Positions 50,201-64,000 of a stretch of 64,000 nt of DNA are shown here, one piece after another. Position numbers and translations under genes: made by a program. Within the stretch, counting starts at the first letter, position 1, and every line of letters begins with the position of its first letter. This DNA comes from Tubulanus polymorphus (lineage: Eukaryota > Animalia > Nemertea): positions 1,409,355 to 1,473,354 of the forward strand of contig NC_134030.1 of the NCBI RefSeq assembly GCF_964204645.1, read 5' to 3'. The notes under the pieces are model-generated. The model was not told the DNA's origin, ran no database searches, and was given only the letters and a program-made list of their open reading frames with translations.

Positions 50201-53200
50201 AAATTATGATATTATATGGATTGCATGCTGTGTGGAAGAAGTTTTCAAAATTATTTAGGAGCTTATTATAATTTGAATACATGAATTGAGAGCAATTTGA
50301 AATGTGTTGATATCTGAAAGTGTTTCCATTGACTTCACTCATTCACCTGATGAAGCTTCTATACATTAGTACCCAAAGCTTGTGTGTCAAATAAACTAGT
50401 TACACGTCCTATAAAGTATTACTTGTCTCGTTATATATTCTAAACCCCAGTTAACAATTCCAGTAAGTCAGGTTTAGGGAATAGATATTTAAACCTTCAG
50501 ATGAAACCGATGTGATACAATTCCAGTAAGTCAGGTTTAGGGAATAGATATTTAAACCTTCAGATGATACCGATGTGATACAATTCCAGTAAGTCAGGTT
50601 TAGGGAATAGATATTTAAACCTTGAGATGAAACCGATGTCATACAATTCCAGTAAGTCAGGTTTAGGGAATAGTTATTTAAACATTCAGATGAAACCGAT
50701 GTAATACAATTCCAGTAAGTCAGGTTTAGGGAATAGATATTTAAACCTTGAGATGATACCGATGTGATACAATTCCAGTAAGTCAGGTTTAGGGAATAGA
50801 TATTTAAACCTTGAGATGAAACCGATGTGATACAATTCCAGTAAGTCAGGTTTAGGGAATAGATATTTAAACCTTCAGATGATACCGATGAATTTAGCAA
50901 TTTTGAATGAATTAAACCAATATGAGATTTCGATCCTAAGAATATTTGAAGCTTGTGTTTAACGTTACTAAATATTAATATTATATAAAGCTAGAAGGAC
51001 ACGAGGGTATCCATTTTTTTGCCCGATCGCAACGATTCAATTCGCTGGTGAATTTATACGCCCGATACGAGTGGGTACCGATCTATTTATAAATCGGCCA
51101 TCACGGTGATTTCGTCGCCCGCCGACATTAAACATGTTCGATATTTACGCCGGTGTTCAGGTCACTTGTTAATTCGCTCGTCTTGTCGGCAAGCTTAAAA
51201 AGATTTAGAAAAAACTACAAATTCTCATTCCTGAATGAACTGGATTCATCTGGGTTCAGTTTCATGAGACTCAGTTCAAACTGCTCTAGAATTTGAGTTT
51301 GTAATTAATGTATGTGATTATAATGAATTGTATTTTTTGTTTTACAGCTTTGGCATTTCGGTTAAGTCGTGCGTTCCGGCGGGAGGAGTTTGTACGTTTG
51401 TTTCTCCCGGAGTGTAAGTAGTTTAACTATTTTCATACAATATCATTTAGTGTGACGTATGTCACTGATAATCAAAATCTAATAATAACTGTTGATCCGT
51501 AGTATTAACATTGTGCAATTGAAATCCTATAGTTGTTTTTAGAAAGGATAAATGGCGCCATCAATGTGACAATCGATTGTAAAGTTTAAGAAATGAATGT
51601 TTAACCTCGCCGAGTACCAGAATTCTTAACCGTAGCATCGAAACCATTCGACTTGTTGTTTAATGTATTTCTCTCTATTTTTATTTTACAGTGATGATCA
51701 TTTTACAAGACTGCCCGTTTGGGGACTTGGTGGGGGAATTCAAAAGAAACTTGGTTCCCGATAGGATACCACCACCGGTTAATCCTATGTCGCCCGCTGC
51801 TGCCCCTCCCCAAAATCCGATAAATTCGCCTCAGCAGCGGCCTGTCAGACAGCCGCCCCCGGCCGCCACTCGTTCGTCAGACAGAGTCCGGGGACGGCTG
51901 TTTGAAGGAGATCTGACGGAGGTAAGAATCTTTATTTGTTTTCATATTTTATTCAGGATATCAGTTGAAGTTCAGCAAATAAATTACCAGACCTGTAAAC
52001 AGAAGAGTAGTCATAAATTTCCATTTGCGGGTAAAACCCCATAGTCGAAAACCTTCGGTTATTGATCTATATCTGCTTAAGACCAATGGTTGTACACACG
52101 AGTGCGAAAACTTATCGCTCAAACTTTGATTGTATCCATGGTAACGCGTACAGTATACTATGCGTGACTTACCGTTTCCTATCACTGAATACAATACTGT
52201 TTTAGACCATGAGCGCCATCTGCGGCGGTCATAACGGACTGAGTGGTGATTGGCTGAAATGCTCGTCTACCGTGGTGACGATTATTCGGTGTTACACGTG
52301 CAGCAGACACGTCTCTGAATATCTAACATTTGATTGTTGTAACTCATCGGGAAAAATATGTTTATGAGTCGATTTTTTGTCGAAATTTTGTTCGGCAGAA
52401 AATTGGCTGCGTACGTCAAGAAGGCGGCTGATATTTGTATCGTGTGACCCCTCGTCCCGGTAATATGCCGACCCACGTACACCTGAGACCAGTTGCAGAG
52501 CTTAGAATTAAGACCGTTTTAAGACCAACTTAGTTCTATAGCCAATCTAATAACTTAAGACCAGTCTTTAGATTTAAGACCACTTTTGGACTTAAGTCTT
52601 GACCATGGAATCGGCCCCAGATGCTTATTCCGCTGTATTGGATGCTGACATGCTCGTGTCTTCCAGCAATGTTGTTATTCACCAAAAATATCATGTTTTG
52701 TTCGAATAACACGATTCATCTGAGTCTGGGTTTAACGGATGACACGTTCAAACAGAACTACGAAATCAATATCAGAAGTCCTTTTATATTGAAACGGTCC
52801 CAGAAGTCCCTGTTATAATGGGTACTTTTTCAAAAAAAGTAACGAGAACTCCGATGGCTTTCCGTATCGGTAAAAACTAACTATTTCTATGAGCGTCACT
52901 CGTAGATTTACCGAAACGCCACCTTGTGACACGATATCCTAACTACGTATAGGTGTTTTATTTGTTGAATCGCTGGTTTCTCATTCTCATTTTTTATACT
53001 TGTGTTTAATTTTATACTAAACAAATTTTTCACTTTTTCTCTTTACAGACACGACCACCGCCAAAAAAAACTAGAACAAAAAGGAAAAGAAAAGTTGCGG
53101 TCGTCGTGGCTCCGCAGGGAGGAGGAGCAAGAGTGGTCCCGGCGGATGGTGCGGCTGACGAAGGTAATCGGGAGGAAGGGGAGGGGATAAATAGGAAGCG

Positions 53201-53441
53201 GCCGAGGAGGGATGGTGGTGGGGCTGGGGATGGTGCGGGTCCTGCTCCTCCTGCTCCTCCATCCGTATCTCGGGCGGTCACTCGTTCACTCGCCAAAAAG
53301 CTGGCGAGTGAACGAGTGGCCCGAGAGGTAGAGGTGGTGGCCCGACATACGGATGGAATGTGGGAGGAGCGGCTTCGTTCGGGGACAATTCCGGATTTGT
53401 TAACTGATTTAAAAAATATTCTTTCAGTGAAGGGATATTAG
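41297..53441 (+). CDS. Spliced orphan gene, unit B copy (296 aa)
   Basis: join(41297-41311,41721-41759,42136-42162,44054-44092,44303-44384,51348-51413,51692-51921,53049-53441). All splice sites and exon lengths preserved. Confidence 0.75.
46215..47422. mobile_element. Non-autonomous TIR DNA transposon, hAT-like ends with 5-bp TSD
   Basis: ctgaa|CAGGGTTC...GAACCCTG|ctgaa inserted in the 40-bp array; subterminal gcttgaa repeats at both ends. Confidence 0.85.
49285..49981 (+). pseudogene. DIRS-type RT remnant, unit B copy
   Basis: Same motifs; YLDDWL in ORF 49821. Confidence 0.85.
50454..50890 (+). repeat. 63-bp tandem array, ~7 copies
   Basis: Homolog of 18743-19493. Confidence 0.97.
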
Positions 53442-56400
53442 GTGCCTTGAACGCATGAGTCGTTCATGTGCGCCTAATATGCCTTCACTGAAAAAAAATC
53501 AACTATAACATGTACCACATATTTTTTGATTTAATTTTAGTCCAATTCCACAATTATTTCGGCTTACAATAGTGTCTTCAATTCTTTAAAGCCCAAAGCA
53601 CCTTTTTGACTCAACATCCAGTATGAAGGTGGCCGGGAATCGGGCCTGTTTTCTTCCATTTTTGTATCCCGCCCAGCATACTGGTTGTTGACTCGAAAAG
53701 GTGCTCGCTCTGGGAGCTTATCAAAGGCAGGTGATGGGAAAGGTGCCATCACACACTCTCCTTTGATAAGTTTCCTAGAGTGTCACGGGCTTTAACGGGT
53801 TGAATTCACTATAATACCAATTTTCCAAAATCAATTTAATTTCTTTCAGGCCATTCTTTTTCCATGTTTTTCTGGTACATGTTATGGTTGATTTCCATTT
53901 TCGAAAATCCGGAATTGAAGCCGTTCGAAGTCGGGGGGATGGTGGTGGGGTTGGGTTAGTTTAGGGTTCCTCTCTGATTACCTTCTTTAGCTCATCATCC
54001 GTGCAGGTGGCGCTTGCTCTTCTAGCCGGTGTTCCCTGGGGTAAACATTTTAAATTTAAAAAATCAAAAATAAAAAAAAAATTATAAAATCTTTAAAAAT
54101 CTCATCTCATTTCATCCAATTTATTTATTTGCGGGTGCGATGCCTATCGCACCCATTCATGTCATCCATCAAAAAAAAAATTAAAACTAAAAACGAAAAA
54201 AAATATAAAAATTTAAAAAATCTCATCTCATTTCATCCAATTTATTTGCGGGTGCGATTCCTATCGCACCCATTCATGTCATTCATCCAAAAAAAATAAA
54301 AAACGAAAAACGAAAAAAAAATATAAAAATTAAAAAAATCTCATCTCATTTCATCCAATTTATTTATTTGCGGGTGCGATCCATATCGCACCCATTCATG
54401 TCATTCATCAAAAAAAAATTAAAACTAAAAACGAAAAAAAATATAAAAATTTAAAAAATCTCATCTCATTTCATCCAATTTATTTATTTGCGGGTGCGAT
54501 TCCTATCGCACCCATTCATGTCATTCATCCAAAAAAAATTTAAAAACTAGAAATTAAAGTTCTAAGTTTGTTGTTAGATTCTATTGAAAGAACGTTGTAA
54601 AGTTCTTAATTTGTCGTAAAAAACGTTAGAAAAAAAGAACTTCTTAAAGTTCTCAATCTGCCGTAAAATGCAATTGAAAAGATTATAACTCACATGAAAA
54701 TTAAAAAGATAAAATAATTGATAAATAATCATTAATAAAAATTGAACTTTGGTCTCGCAATGTTTCCCCGTTATGCATTTTTTACTCGTCGTCAAACATC
54801 GGCAGCTCATCGTCGATACTCGCAGCTCGATACACACCAGCAGCTTGTCGTCGATACACACCAGCAGCTTGTCGTCGATACACACCAGCAGCTCGATACA
54901 CACCAGCAGCTTGTCGTCGATACTCACCAGCAGCTCGATTCACACCAGCAATTCGTCGTTGATACACACCAGCAGTTCGTCGTCGATACACACCAGCAGT
55001 TCGTCATCGATACACACCAGCAGTTCGTCGTCGATACACACCAGCAGCTCGATACACACCAGCAGTTCGTCATCTATACACACCAGCAGTTTGTCGTCGA
55101 TACACACCAGCAGTTTGTCGTCAATACACACCAGCAGTTCATCGTCGATACACACCAGCAGTTCGTCGTCGATACACACCAGCAGTTCGTCGTCGATACA
55201 CACCAGCAGTTCGTCGTCGATACACACCAGCAGTTGGATACACACCAGCATCTCGATACTCAGCAGCAGTTTGATACACACCAGCAGCTCGTCGATACAC
55301 ACCAGCAGTTCGTCGTCGATACACACCAGAAGCTCGATACACACCAGCAGCTCGTCGTCGATACACACCAGCAGCTCGATACTCACAGCTCGATACACAC
55401 CAGCAGCTCGTCGATACACACCAGCAGCTCGATACTCACCAGCAGCTCGATACACACCAGTAGCTCGTCGTCGATACTCACCAGCAGCTCGATACACACC
55501 AGCAGCTCGTCGTCGATACACACCAGCAGCTTGATACCAAAACAGCTTTTAGCTGGTGAAAACCTACCCCCCATCGGGGTTAAACATGATCAAGCTATTA
55601 TTCTAGGAATATAACTGTTGCAAGGGAAGTTAAGATTCATTAACCTAAACTTGATACAAAGAGATTATTGCTAATTATGAATTTCAAGGGTTTAAAAACT
55701 GATTTAAAAATCTTGAAAGACGCTCGGTCTCACTAGAGATTTTCATCTTAAAGATTTATTGTCCTCTTACTATTGTTTAGGTGATCTATAATTTGGTAAA
55801 TGCTGCTGTTGGAAAGATGCCAGAAGAAAGTTGATTCGTGCACATCTTCACTTCACGTATTTATTGCACAAGGCGCCGACTTGCACCTGCACTACACCAT
55901 TCACACTTCACCACTTCTGCATCTTTATCAATTAATTCTGGCATCTATTTGAAAATTACTTTAAACATCAGATCTCAAACTGAAACATTGAGGTATTGAA
56001 TTTCAAACTGAAATATCGAGCTATCGAATCTCGATCTCAAATGTTTACTGGAAGCCATATTTGATGTTGTATTATTCATCATAGATTGTTTAGTGTTTTC
56101 TGGCATATGCGGGCCATTTAAGATGGTCAGATAAATTCCCCGGTGGAAAATATATCTCGTGGAAGAGTCATGGAAATGAAAAATATCTTATGTAGATGTG
56201 AAGTTAGGAACCTTGCAACAGTTTTTCCACCTGAGGATAATTTGATATAAGATGAATCAGTTATTGGATCATTTAACTGAAGCCAAATATAGTGAAAAAT
56301 CTTAGTAAAAATTTGTCTCAAACTACAATTGAAAGGACTTATCACAGTTCTAATTCGACTCTAGGTGCGTTCAGAAGAACTTCTTAACAGTGAAAAAACT

Positions 56401-57667
56401 TGACTAAAAATCAGGAATCGACCCTGTTCATTGATAAGATTTGATCTTTATTTGAAGATTAAGAATCAAACTCGCTAATTCACAATTTTTGGTAGTAAAT
56501 ACTGTTGATCCATCATATTCGCAGCCCCCCGTGGGCTTACCAATCCATCATACGTGCAGCCACCTTGCGCTTACCAGTCTATCATACTCGCAGCCCCAGT
56601 GGGCTTACCAATCCATCATACGTGCAGCCACCTTGCGCTTACCAGTCTATCATACTCGCGGCCCCAGTGGACTTATCAATCCATCATACGTGCAGCCCCC
56701 GTGGGCTTACCAGTCCATCATACTCGCAGCCCCAGTGGGCTTATCAATCCATCATACGCGCAGCCCCCTTTGGGCTTATCAATGAGAAACATTCAGACAT
56801 AGTAACCGTTTTACTCGTGCTTTTCAACGACACCGTCTTATCACTCTGTAGAACGGCGATCGCAGCGTGAAATTTGTAATCGTATTTCTCCGCTGAATTT
56901 GAATATTTGATACGCGACGCGCGTGATTGAAGCTTTGTTTATGTTCGTGCTTGCCGCGATGAATTGTCATAAATATATCCTCCGTACAGGAGGACCATGA
57001 AAAGGTTTGAAGGGATCCCTAGTTAGCGCTTGTCCAGGTTTGGCTCTGGACCCGCTTGTTCGACTAGGCATCTTGTTGGAAATTTTGTCGACTGAAACTT
57101 CCGTAACTTTCGTTTTAGACCTCGCTGCTCGAAGAGCCGTTGCTGCGTCGGTTACTGTCATGCTTCGGCACAATTTTGAACGATTGTTGGAAACCGCCTT
57201 GTTCTTCTGCTGCAGATGTTGACTGTGTCGTACCCATAGTAAAGTAGCCATCTTAAATTCAAATAGTTTCGGACATTTGAGGTCCTCATCAACTCCGAGT
57301 CTTCATTCAACTGCAGTTACTGCCATTTGCCAGTGTCTGATGTAGAAGTTCTGACTTGACATTTTGATTTTCAGAATTAAGACCTTTTTTCTATTAAAGA
57401 AATTAGATATTGGTTAAAAAGAAATTAGATATTGGTTAAAAAACAAGTGAATAATTGTTTGTAAGAAAAAAGAAAATCATGTTAGAAAAAAATATAGATG
57501 TAAAAAAATATAGATGTAAGAAAAAAAAAGTATATTGTAAATCGACGAGACGACAGAACCAGCATCAGCAACAACAACATCAGAGGAAGCAGTAACCAGT
57601 TATTTATCAGCTCCATAAATTACTGAAACGAAATCCACAACTCGGATACCAACCACACTCAACTCTA

Positions 57668-59057
57668 GAATTGTTCATACAACTGTCAACATGGAGTTCA
57701 TCTCACAAGCAAATTAGGTAATTATCTTATGAAATTGTATGAATTGCCAATTTAACATTTTTGCATTTCAAGTAGGTGTAATTGAATGTTTGTCAACCTT
57801 ACTCTTATAAAACTGTGTTAACCGTTGAACAGGATTCTAAGACTGTGCAGAAAACCCGTTATCGCTGCTTTGCAGCTATAATTATCTGATAAATTAGTAT
57901 GGAATGCCAATTTTACATTTTTGCATTTAAGTTTAAGTGAGTTTAAAATCACGTTTCATTTGTTGTTTATTTTGTCTTTTCAGTTTTCAATTTGCCGAGA
58001 TCAGTCGTCAAAAACTGTTACAACGGAAACTAAGATAACAAAGACTTGATTTGGCAAAGATTGAAGAAATCCTGCGAAAAGATTATTCATGAATTGTTCA
58101 TACAACTGTCAACATGGAGTTCATCTCACAAGCAAATTAGGTAATTATCTTATGATTTTGTATGAAATGCTAATTTTTACTCGTTAATTTTTTACAAATA
58201 AGTTGACTTTGAAATCTTTATTAATTTCTTGTTTATTTTGTTTTTTCAGTTTTCAATTTGCCGAGATCAGTCATCAAAAACTGTTACAACGGAAACTAAG
58301 ATAACAAAGACTTGATTTGGCAAAGATTGAAGAAATCCTGCGAAAAGCTTATTCATGAATTGTTCATACAACTGTCAACATGGAGTTCATCTCACAAGCA
58401 AATTAGGTAGTTATCTTATGATTTTGTATGAAATGCTAATTTTTACTCGTTAATTTTTTACAAATAAGTTGACTTTGAAATCTTTATTAATTTCTTGTTT
58501 ATTTTGTTTTTTCAGTTTTCAATTTGCCGAGATCAGTCATAAAAAAACTGTTACAACGGAAACTGAGATAACGAAGACTTGATTTGGCAAAGATTGAAGA
58601 AATCCTGCGAAGAGATTATTCAAGAATTGTTCATACAACTGTCAACATGGAGTTCATCTCACAAGCAAATTAGGTAATTATCTTATGATTTTGTATGAAA
58701 TGCTAATTTTTACATTTAAGTTTAAATGAGTTTAAAATCATGTTTCATTTGTTGTTTATTTTGTCTTTTCAGTTTTCAATTTGCCGGATCAGTCGTCAGA
58801 AAACTGTTACAATGGAAACTAAGATAACAAAGACTTGATTTCGGCAAAGATTGAAGAAATCCTGAGAAGAGATTATTCATGAATTGTTCATACAACTGTC
58901 AACATGGAGTTCATCTCACAAGCAAATTAGGTAATTATCTTATGATTTTGTATGAAATGCTAAATTTTACTCGTTATTTTTTTACTAATAAGTTGACTTT
59001 GAAATCTTTATTTATTTCTTGTTTATTTTGTCTTTTCAGTTTTGAATTTGCCGAGAT
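57668..59057 (+). repeat. ~266-bp exon-plus-intron repeat, unit B, 4 full units and partials
   Basis: Marker at 57668, 58091, 58357, 58624 and 58881. Confidence 0.9.
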
Positions 59058-62000
59058 TCACATGTAGCAGATATAATGGAATTAAGTATTGAGAACCGCA
59101 ACTTAACAATAAACCGGATCAACTTAATATAGTGCTGAGGACCAAAAATAAAGGATAAACCCGACCAGTGTAATTCAGTGTCGAGAACCGCAGTTAAACG
59201 ATGAACCCGACCAGTGTAATTCAGTGTCCAGAACCGCAGTTAAACGATGAACCCGACCAGTGTAATTCAGTATTGAGAACCACAATTAAACGATGAACCC
59301 GACCAGTGTGATTCAGTGTCGAGAACCACAATTAAACGATGAACCGGACCAGTGTAATTCAGTGTCCAGAGCCGCAGTTAAACAATGAACCGGACCAGTG
59401 TAATTCAGTGTCGAGAACCGCAATTAAACGATGAACCGGACCAGTGTAATTAAGTGTCGAGAACCACAATTAAACGATGAACCGGACCAGTGTAATTCAG
59501 TGTCGAGAACCGCAATTAAACGATGAACCGGACCAGTGTAATTAAGTGTCGAGAACCACAATTAAACGATAAACCGGACCAGTGTAATTCAGTGTCGAGA
59601 ACCGTAATTAAACGATGAACCGGACCAGTGTAATTCAGTTTCGCAATAACCGCAATAAAACGATAATCTGGAGTTGTAATAGTGTTGTGTATTTGCGTAG
59701 TGGATCAAGTGGAAGGATTTTAAGTGTATTTGGTGACTTTAATTCGTTCGCATCCAACAGAATCAACAAAGACATTACAAAAAACGACAAAAAATGATTG
59801 AATGTAAATGCATTGAATTTAGGTTTGATGATCAAGATAATCACTGATCAAGATTGACAGTTATAATCCATAATTGTTGAACTTGATCAGAGATTTTCAA
59901 GATCGATTTTAAGGTGATTCAGAAGTTTAAATCTGATGTTTTAATCTCTGGGACTCAGATATTAAATCAATAGATTTTTACTGCTGAATGATCTTCATGT
60001 ACAGATGAGCTACAATTGTTCCTAGTGTGTTCTGTTAAGACTGATTAAAGGGTGGAAAAACTTGACTCAAATTCAAATTGAGTCGAGTTTTTCCAAGATA
60101 ATCTCTGATCAAGATCGGCAGTTACTGGTATAATCCACAATTGTTGAACTTGATTGGTGATTTTCAAGGTCTGTTTTAAGGTGATTCACAAGTTTAAATC
60201 TGATGTTTGAATCTCTGGGTTCCAGATATTAAATCAATAGATTTTTACTGCTGAATGACCTTCGTGTTCAGATAAGCTACATTTGTTCCTAGTGTGCTGT
60301 TAAGAAAGGGTGGAAAAACTTGACCCAAATTCAAATTGAGTCGAGTTTTTCCAAGATAATCTCTGATCAAGATCGGCAGTTATAATCCATAATTGTTGAA
60401 CTTGATTGGAGATTTTCGAGAACTGTTTTTAAGGTGATTCAGAAGTGTGAATCTGATGTTTTAATCTCTGGGTTTCAGAGATTAAATCAATAGGTTTTAA
60501 CTTCTGAATCACTTCGGGTTTTGGTAAGTTAAAGTGTTTCCTATTGTAATCTGTTAAACTGATTAAAGGGTGGAAAAACTTGATTCAAATTAATAATCTG
60601 AATCAAGTTTTCCAATGATAATCCGCGATCAAGTTCGGCAGTTATAATTCATAACTGTTGAACTCAATTCACAATTAAATGAACTGTTTTAAGGTGATTC
60701 AGAAGTATAAATCTGATGTTTTAATCTCTGGGTTTCAGAGATTAAATCAATAGGCTTTACTTCTGAATCACTGTTAGGTTTTGATAAGTTGTAAGTTGTT
60801 CCTATTGTTTAATGAATTGGTAGAAATTCTATTTTTAGGTGACAGGTCAAATAGATTAGAACAGTAATTTATGCAGAGGTTGAATTAATTTAATGTTTGA
60901 TATACCAAAGAATGGTTTATTGTGAAGATTTAATTAAAATCTTAAATAAAGAGTTGTTCAATTTCATAAATGTTTTGTTTTCGATGAAGTTTTTTTCATT
61001 TTCTGGATTTGAGGAATTTGACTTTAAACACATCGGTGGATTCAGCACAGTTCTGTGGACACAGTTTTTGGACCGAGACACAGCTCAAGACCCAGTTACA
61101 AGTTCAACTGGACTCCATCCCAAAAAACCCTGGGCCCTTCAAACCTTTAAGTAAGATGCTCACTTACAGATTCATAAAATTGACCCTTATTATCTTGTCA
61201 TCTGCAGCACCATCTCAGAGGCTTAAACCAAGAATTTCTTGTAATGTTCAACAAATGTGAATTACATTAAGTAATTTTTGAGATCGACTAACACCAGTAT
61301 TGAGTTTTTTCTAAATCACAGTCTACTTATTTTATATTCATCCACGATTTCATAGCTCTTTAACTATTCAACCCTTTCCCTGATGGGCCCTGGCCCCAAT
61401 TGCTGAACCCAGTTCTCCAAGTCTAACTTCTGGGTTTAATGGTTTATCAGAGAATTAATGGATTAATTGGAAATAATCTAACAATCAATAAAGTTTAAAA
61501 TTAATTATTTGACATATCGTAATTGATTTTGTTCGCCACAACGCCTTTCTCATCAGGATTATAGCATTTTACTTTCTATGGGTTTTTAAAGGTAAGTTTT
61601 CAAAGGAAAGACAGAATGTCCGAATATACGTCCGGATCCGCCTTTATATGCCTCATTCCGATTCTGCTCATTTGCATATATTTTCAGCAAGTGGAAATTC
61701 CCCGAATTCCAAGATGGCGGCGACCATGATATATTAAATAACAACTATTTTGGGCCAAATCAACGCTTTCTCAAGCTCAATATGAGATTTCCCGAGCGCA
61801 AATGTAACTTAAAAAGAAAATAATCCTGTTGGTTAGTTATATTTTTGATAATTAAATTTATTTGCAAAGTTAAAGTGAAGTTCCAATGACAGATAGAAAC
61901 GTTGAAAGACTGGGGTAATTGAAACATGCCCTAGCCACTGGCCACTATGAACAGTCCTAAACGTTTTGATCCAACTGCACCAGTTGAGGTCACCAACTGT

Positions 62001-63384
62001 GTGGCCCTTATTTAACAATAATGTGTACATATAAGCACAAGGGCCCCCAAACTGCAGTTGCTCTGTTGGTTTTAAATCTGTATATAGTCATAGTCATTTT
62101 TGATCTTATCATCTGTTCTCCACCTTTTTGAGTGTGAGAGTTTTATGAACTGTTGTGAAGATTGAGGAAGTCGATAGAAAGAGATGAAAATTGTTTAAGT
62201 TGTTATCATGAAAATGACTGAGCTTACTATGTACGGTACATACGACCCAGAGGGACATGGCTTATTATGAGAAACATTGAGGTTTTCATGAAAGTTCATG
62301 AATTTTGCATGAAAGTACAATGTTGGAAAATATATCCCCTATGTCACACTCCCTGATTCTTTTTCATTGCCCTCATTTCTCTGAAAGGCCCTTCAATTGA
62401 ATCAGTCTCCAGTCGAAAAGGTTCCTCTTATAAGTTCAATTGTCTATAACTGATGATGTGATGTGAAGAGTCTACAATTGAACAAATACCGCATTGAAAT
62501 CAAATCTTCTCTATTTCAGGCATTACTTCTGGCATAAAACACTATTCAAGCAATGTAGGAGCATTTATAGGCGCAGCAGGAAGGAGGAGTTCAGGAGCAG
62601 CATCATATAGGAGTTGCACAGGAGCAGCATCATAGGAGTAGTGCAGGAGCAGTGAGAGCTTCATAGGAGCAGCAAGACCAGCATCATAGATAGGAACAGT
62701 AGCTGAAGAAATGAAACAAGATAAGTAGCATTTGAAATATAGAAAATAGAAAAGCTGTAGAATGTTTTCTATTGTAAAAATATTTTCAAATTCAGTCTGA
62801 TTTGTGCCAGATTGTAACTGTAGAAGTTTCACTCATTGTTTCAGTCTAATAGAGATGTGGCTGGTGTACATGTAACATTGACTGTGTAACACTGCAGTCA
62901 TTTCTTCAATTATTCCTCCTCAGTTGGAAGAATGTTTGTTCTCTCATCTTCATTAGCGATAAGAATCAATCCCATCCATCTACCAACAACATCGTCAAAT
63001 TTCCACTTATCTAATCCTAGAGGGAATGAGTAGTATGAGGTTTGGGTATGGAATTGGGCAGGGTATGGTGTAGTTGACAGTTAGGGTAGGATAGGGTAAT
63101 GTGATGAGGTAAGGTCGGTCAGATGATGCAGGGTTATTTGATGTGGTTGGATTGGATGATGAGTTTGATATGGAACTGGTCGAGGTGGGTGTATGTGGTA
63201 GTGTACGGTGTGTATGTTCGGAGGGTGTATGATAACTGATTGAAAGGTTGCTGTTAGAGGTCAGTGCAGTAGTGATGCTGGTATAGTTTGTGTAAGGTAG
63301 GCGTCGGTGTACCGGGTTAAGTATAGGGTAAGGCATGGTCAGAGTAATGTTACCGTAGAGGAAAAGTTATGTGGGGAAGGGTGT

Positions 63385-63640
63385 TTTTGTTTTCAGCCCA
63401 CTTGAGACTTAAGTCTCAGCGGGCCGTTGCATTTTCTTTTCATCCGTTGTCCGTTTGTGTATCCGCAGACGGAATACAGTTATTTTTGGAGGTTTTTAAG
63501 TTTTCCAACGCCACTGCACATGTTCTCCAGGGGGTGTTGAGTATAGAATTTTCAGATTGTCAGGAATTTCACCAAGTGTGCATTGGTGTCCCTGGACTCC
63601 CCAATTTTGAAATTAGGGTGAATTCTGTAGAATTCTAATG
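63385..63640 (+). mobile_element. Possible non-autonomous Helentron-associated (HINE/DINE-like) fragment in the unique flank
   Basis: T-run, then hairpin gccc-act-tgagact-ta-agtctca-gc-gggc, then tccgttgtccgt microsatellite-like tract: the usual HINE 5' layout. Confidence 0.45.
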
Positions 63641-64000
63641 ATTGGTTAAATGGGCATCACTCTTTATTGGAATTCTGTGCTTAAAATATTGAATACGAAA
63701 GTAAGAACAGACGTGGAAGCTGTCACTGTGGACAGTGAATCTATTTCTGATTTGTCTGGATGTGATGGCGCAGGTGGTGGCCATAACTTCGAGGTCACCT
63801 CTTAATCATTACATGTCCTTAGATGGATAGGACACAAGGGTAAATGAAAACATTCTTTAGGTTACTGCCAGGTTTTAGGGTATCGTACCAAGCCTTACCT
63901 TCCCGACCTCCTTCCCGCGCTAGCTATTCCAAAATCTCTATATGAGATACATCGAGAACGATGCTATTGAAGATTGAATTCATCGATTCATTTTGGAATT

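Larger units (their letters stand above)
30500..61495 (+). repeat. ~30-kb tandem unit B (30,996 bp), last unit of the array
   Basis: Colinear with unit A. After ...acaatcaataaagtt (61495) the sequence becomes unrelated (taaaattaattatttgac). Confidence 0.95.

Noticed and set aside
30500-61495. Duplication as two haplotypes misassembled in tandem
   Set aside because: Three tails and two identical novel junctions favour a true array, but this cannot be excluded without reads.
62542-63336. Minus-strand ORFs 62542-62832 and 63007-63336 in the unique flank
   Set aside because: Low-complexity, strand-biased sequence with no recognisable domain or splice support.

Overview
AT-rich animal (probably invertebrate) genomic DNA, not prokaryotic. 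Bases 1-61495 are a head-to-tail array of a ~30 kb unit: the tail of one unit (1-1215), unit A (1216-30499, 29,284 bp) and unit B (30500-61495, 30,996 bp). Unrelated flank follows from 61496. Each unit contains: (i) a 7.6-9.5 kb foldback-like block with inverted arms built from a 47-bp repeat, enclosing an inverted paralog of a gene's last exon; (ii) an RFX X-box/CRE motif cluster followed by an 8-exon, phase-consistent 296-aa orphan gene that the ORF track misses (basic, low-complexity, NLS-like, with VTRS and RLRSG motifs); (iii) a decayed DIRS-type retrotransposon with nested DNA transposons in intron 5; (iv) a hairpin over the stop codon and a second, degenerate inverted copy of the last exon; (v) about a dozen different tandem arrays, most differing in copy number between units. 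I found no intact transposase, RT, rRNA, tRNA or CRISPR. The best candidate for a new system is an ampliconic, possibly germline or cilia-regulated chromatin-binding orphan gene with self-complementary copies and exon-restricted divergence. That functional reading is inference only. All alignments were done by eye.
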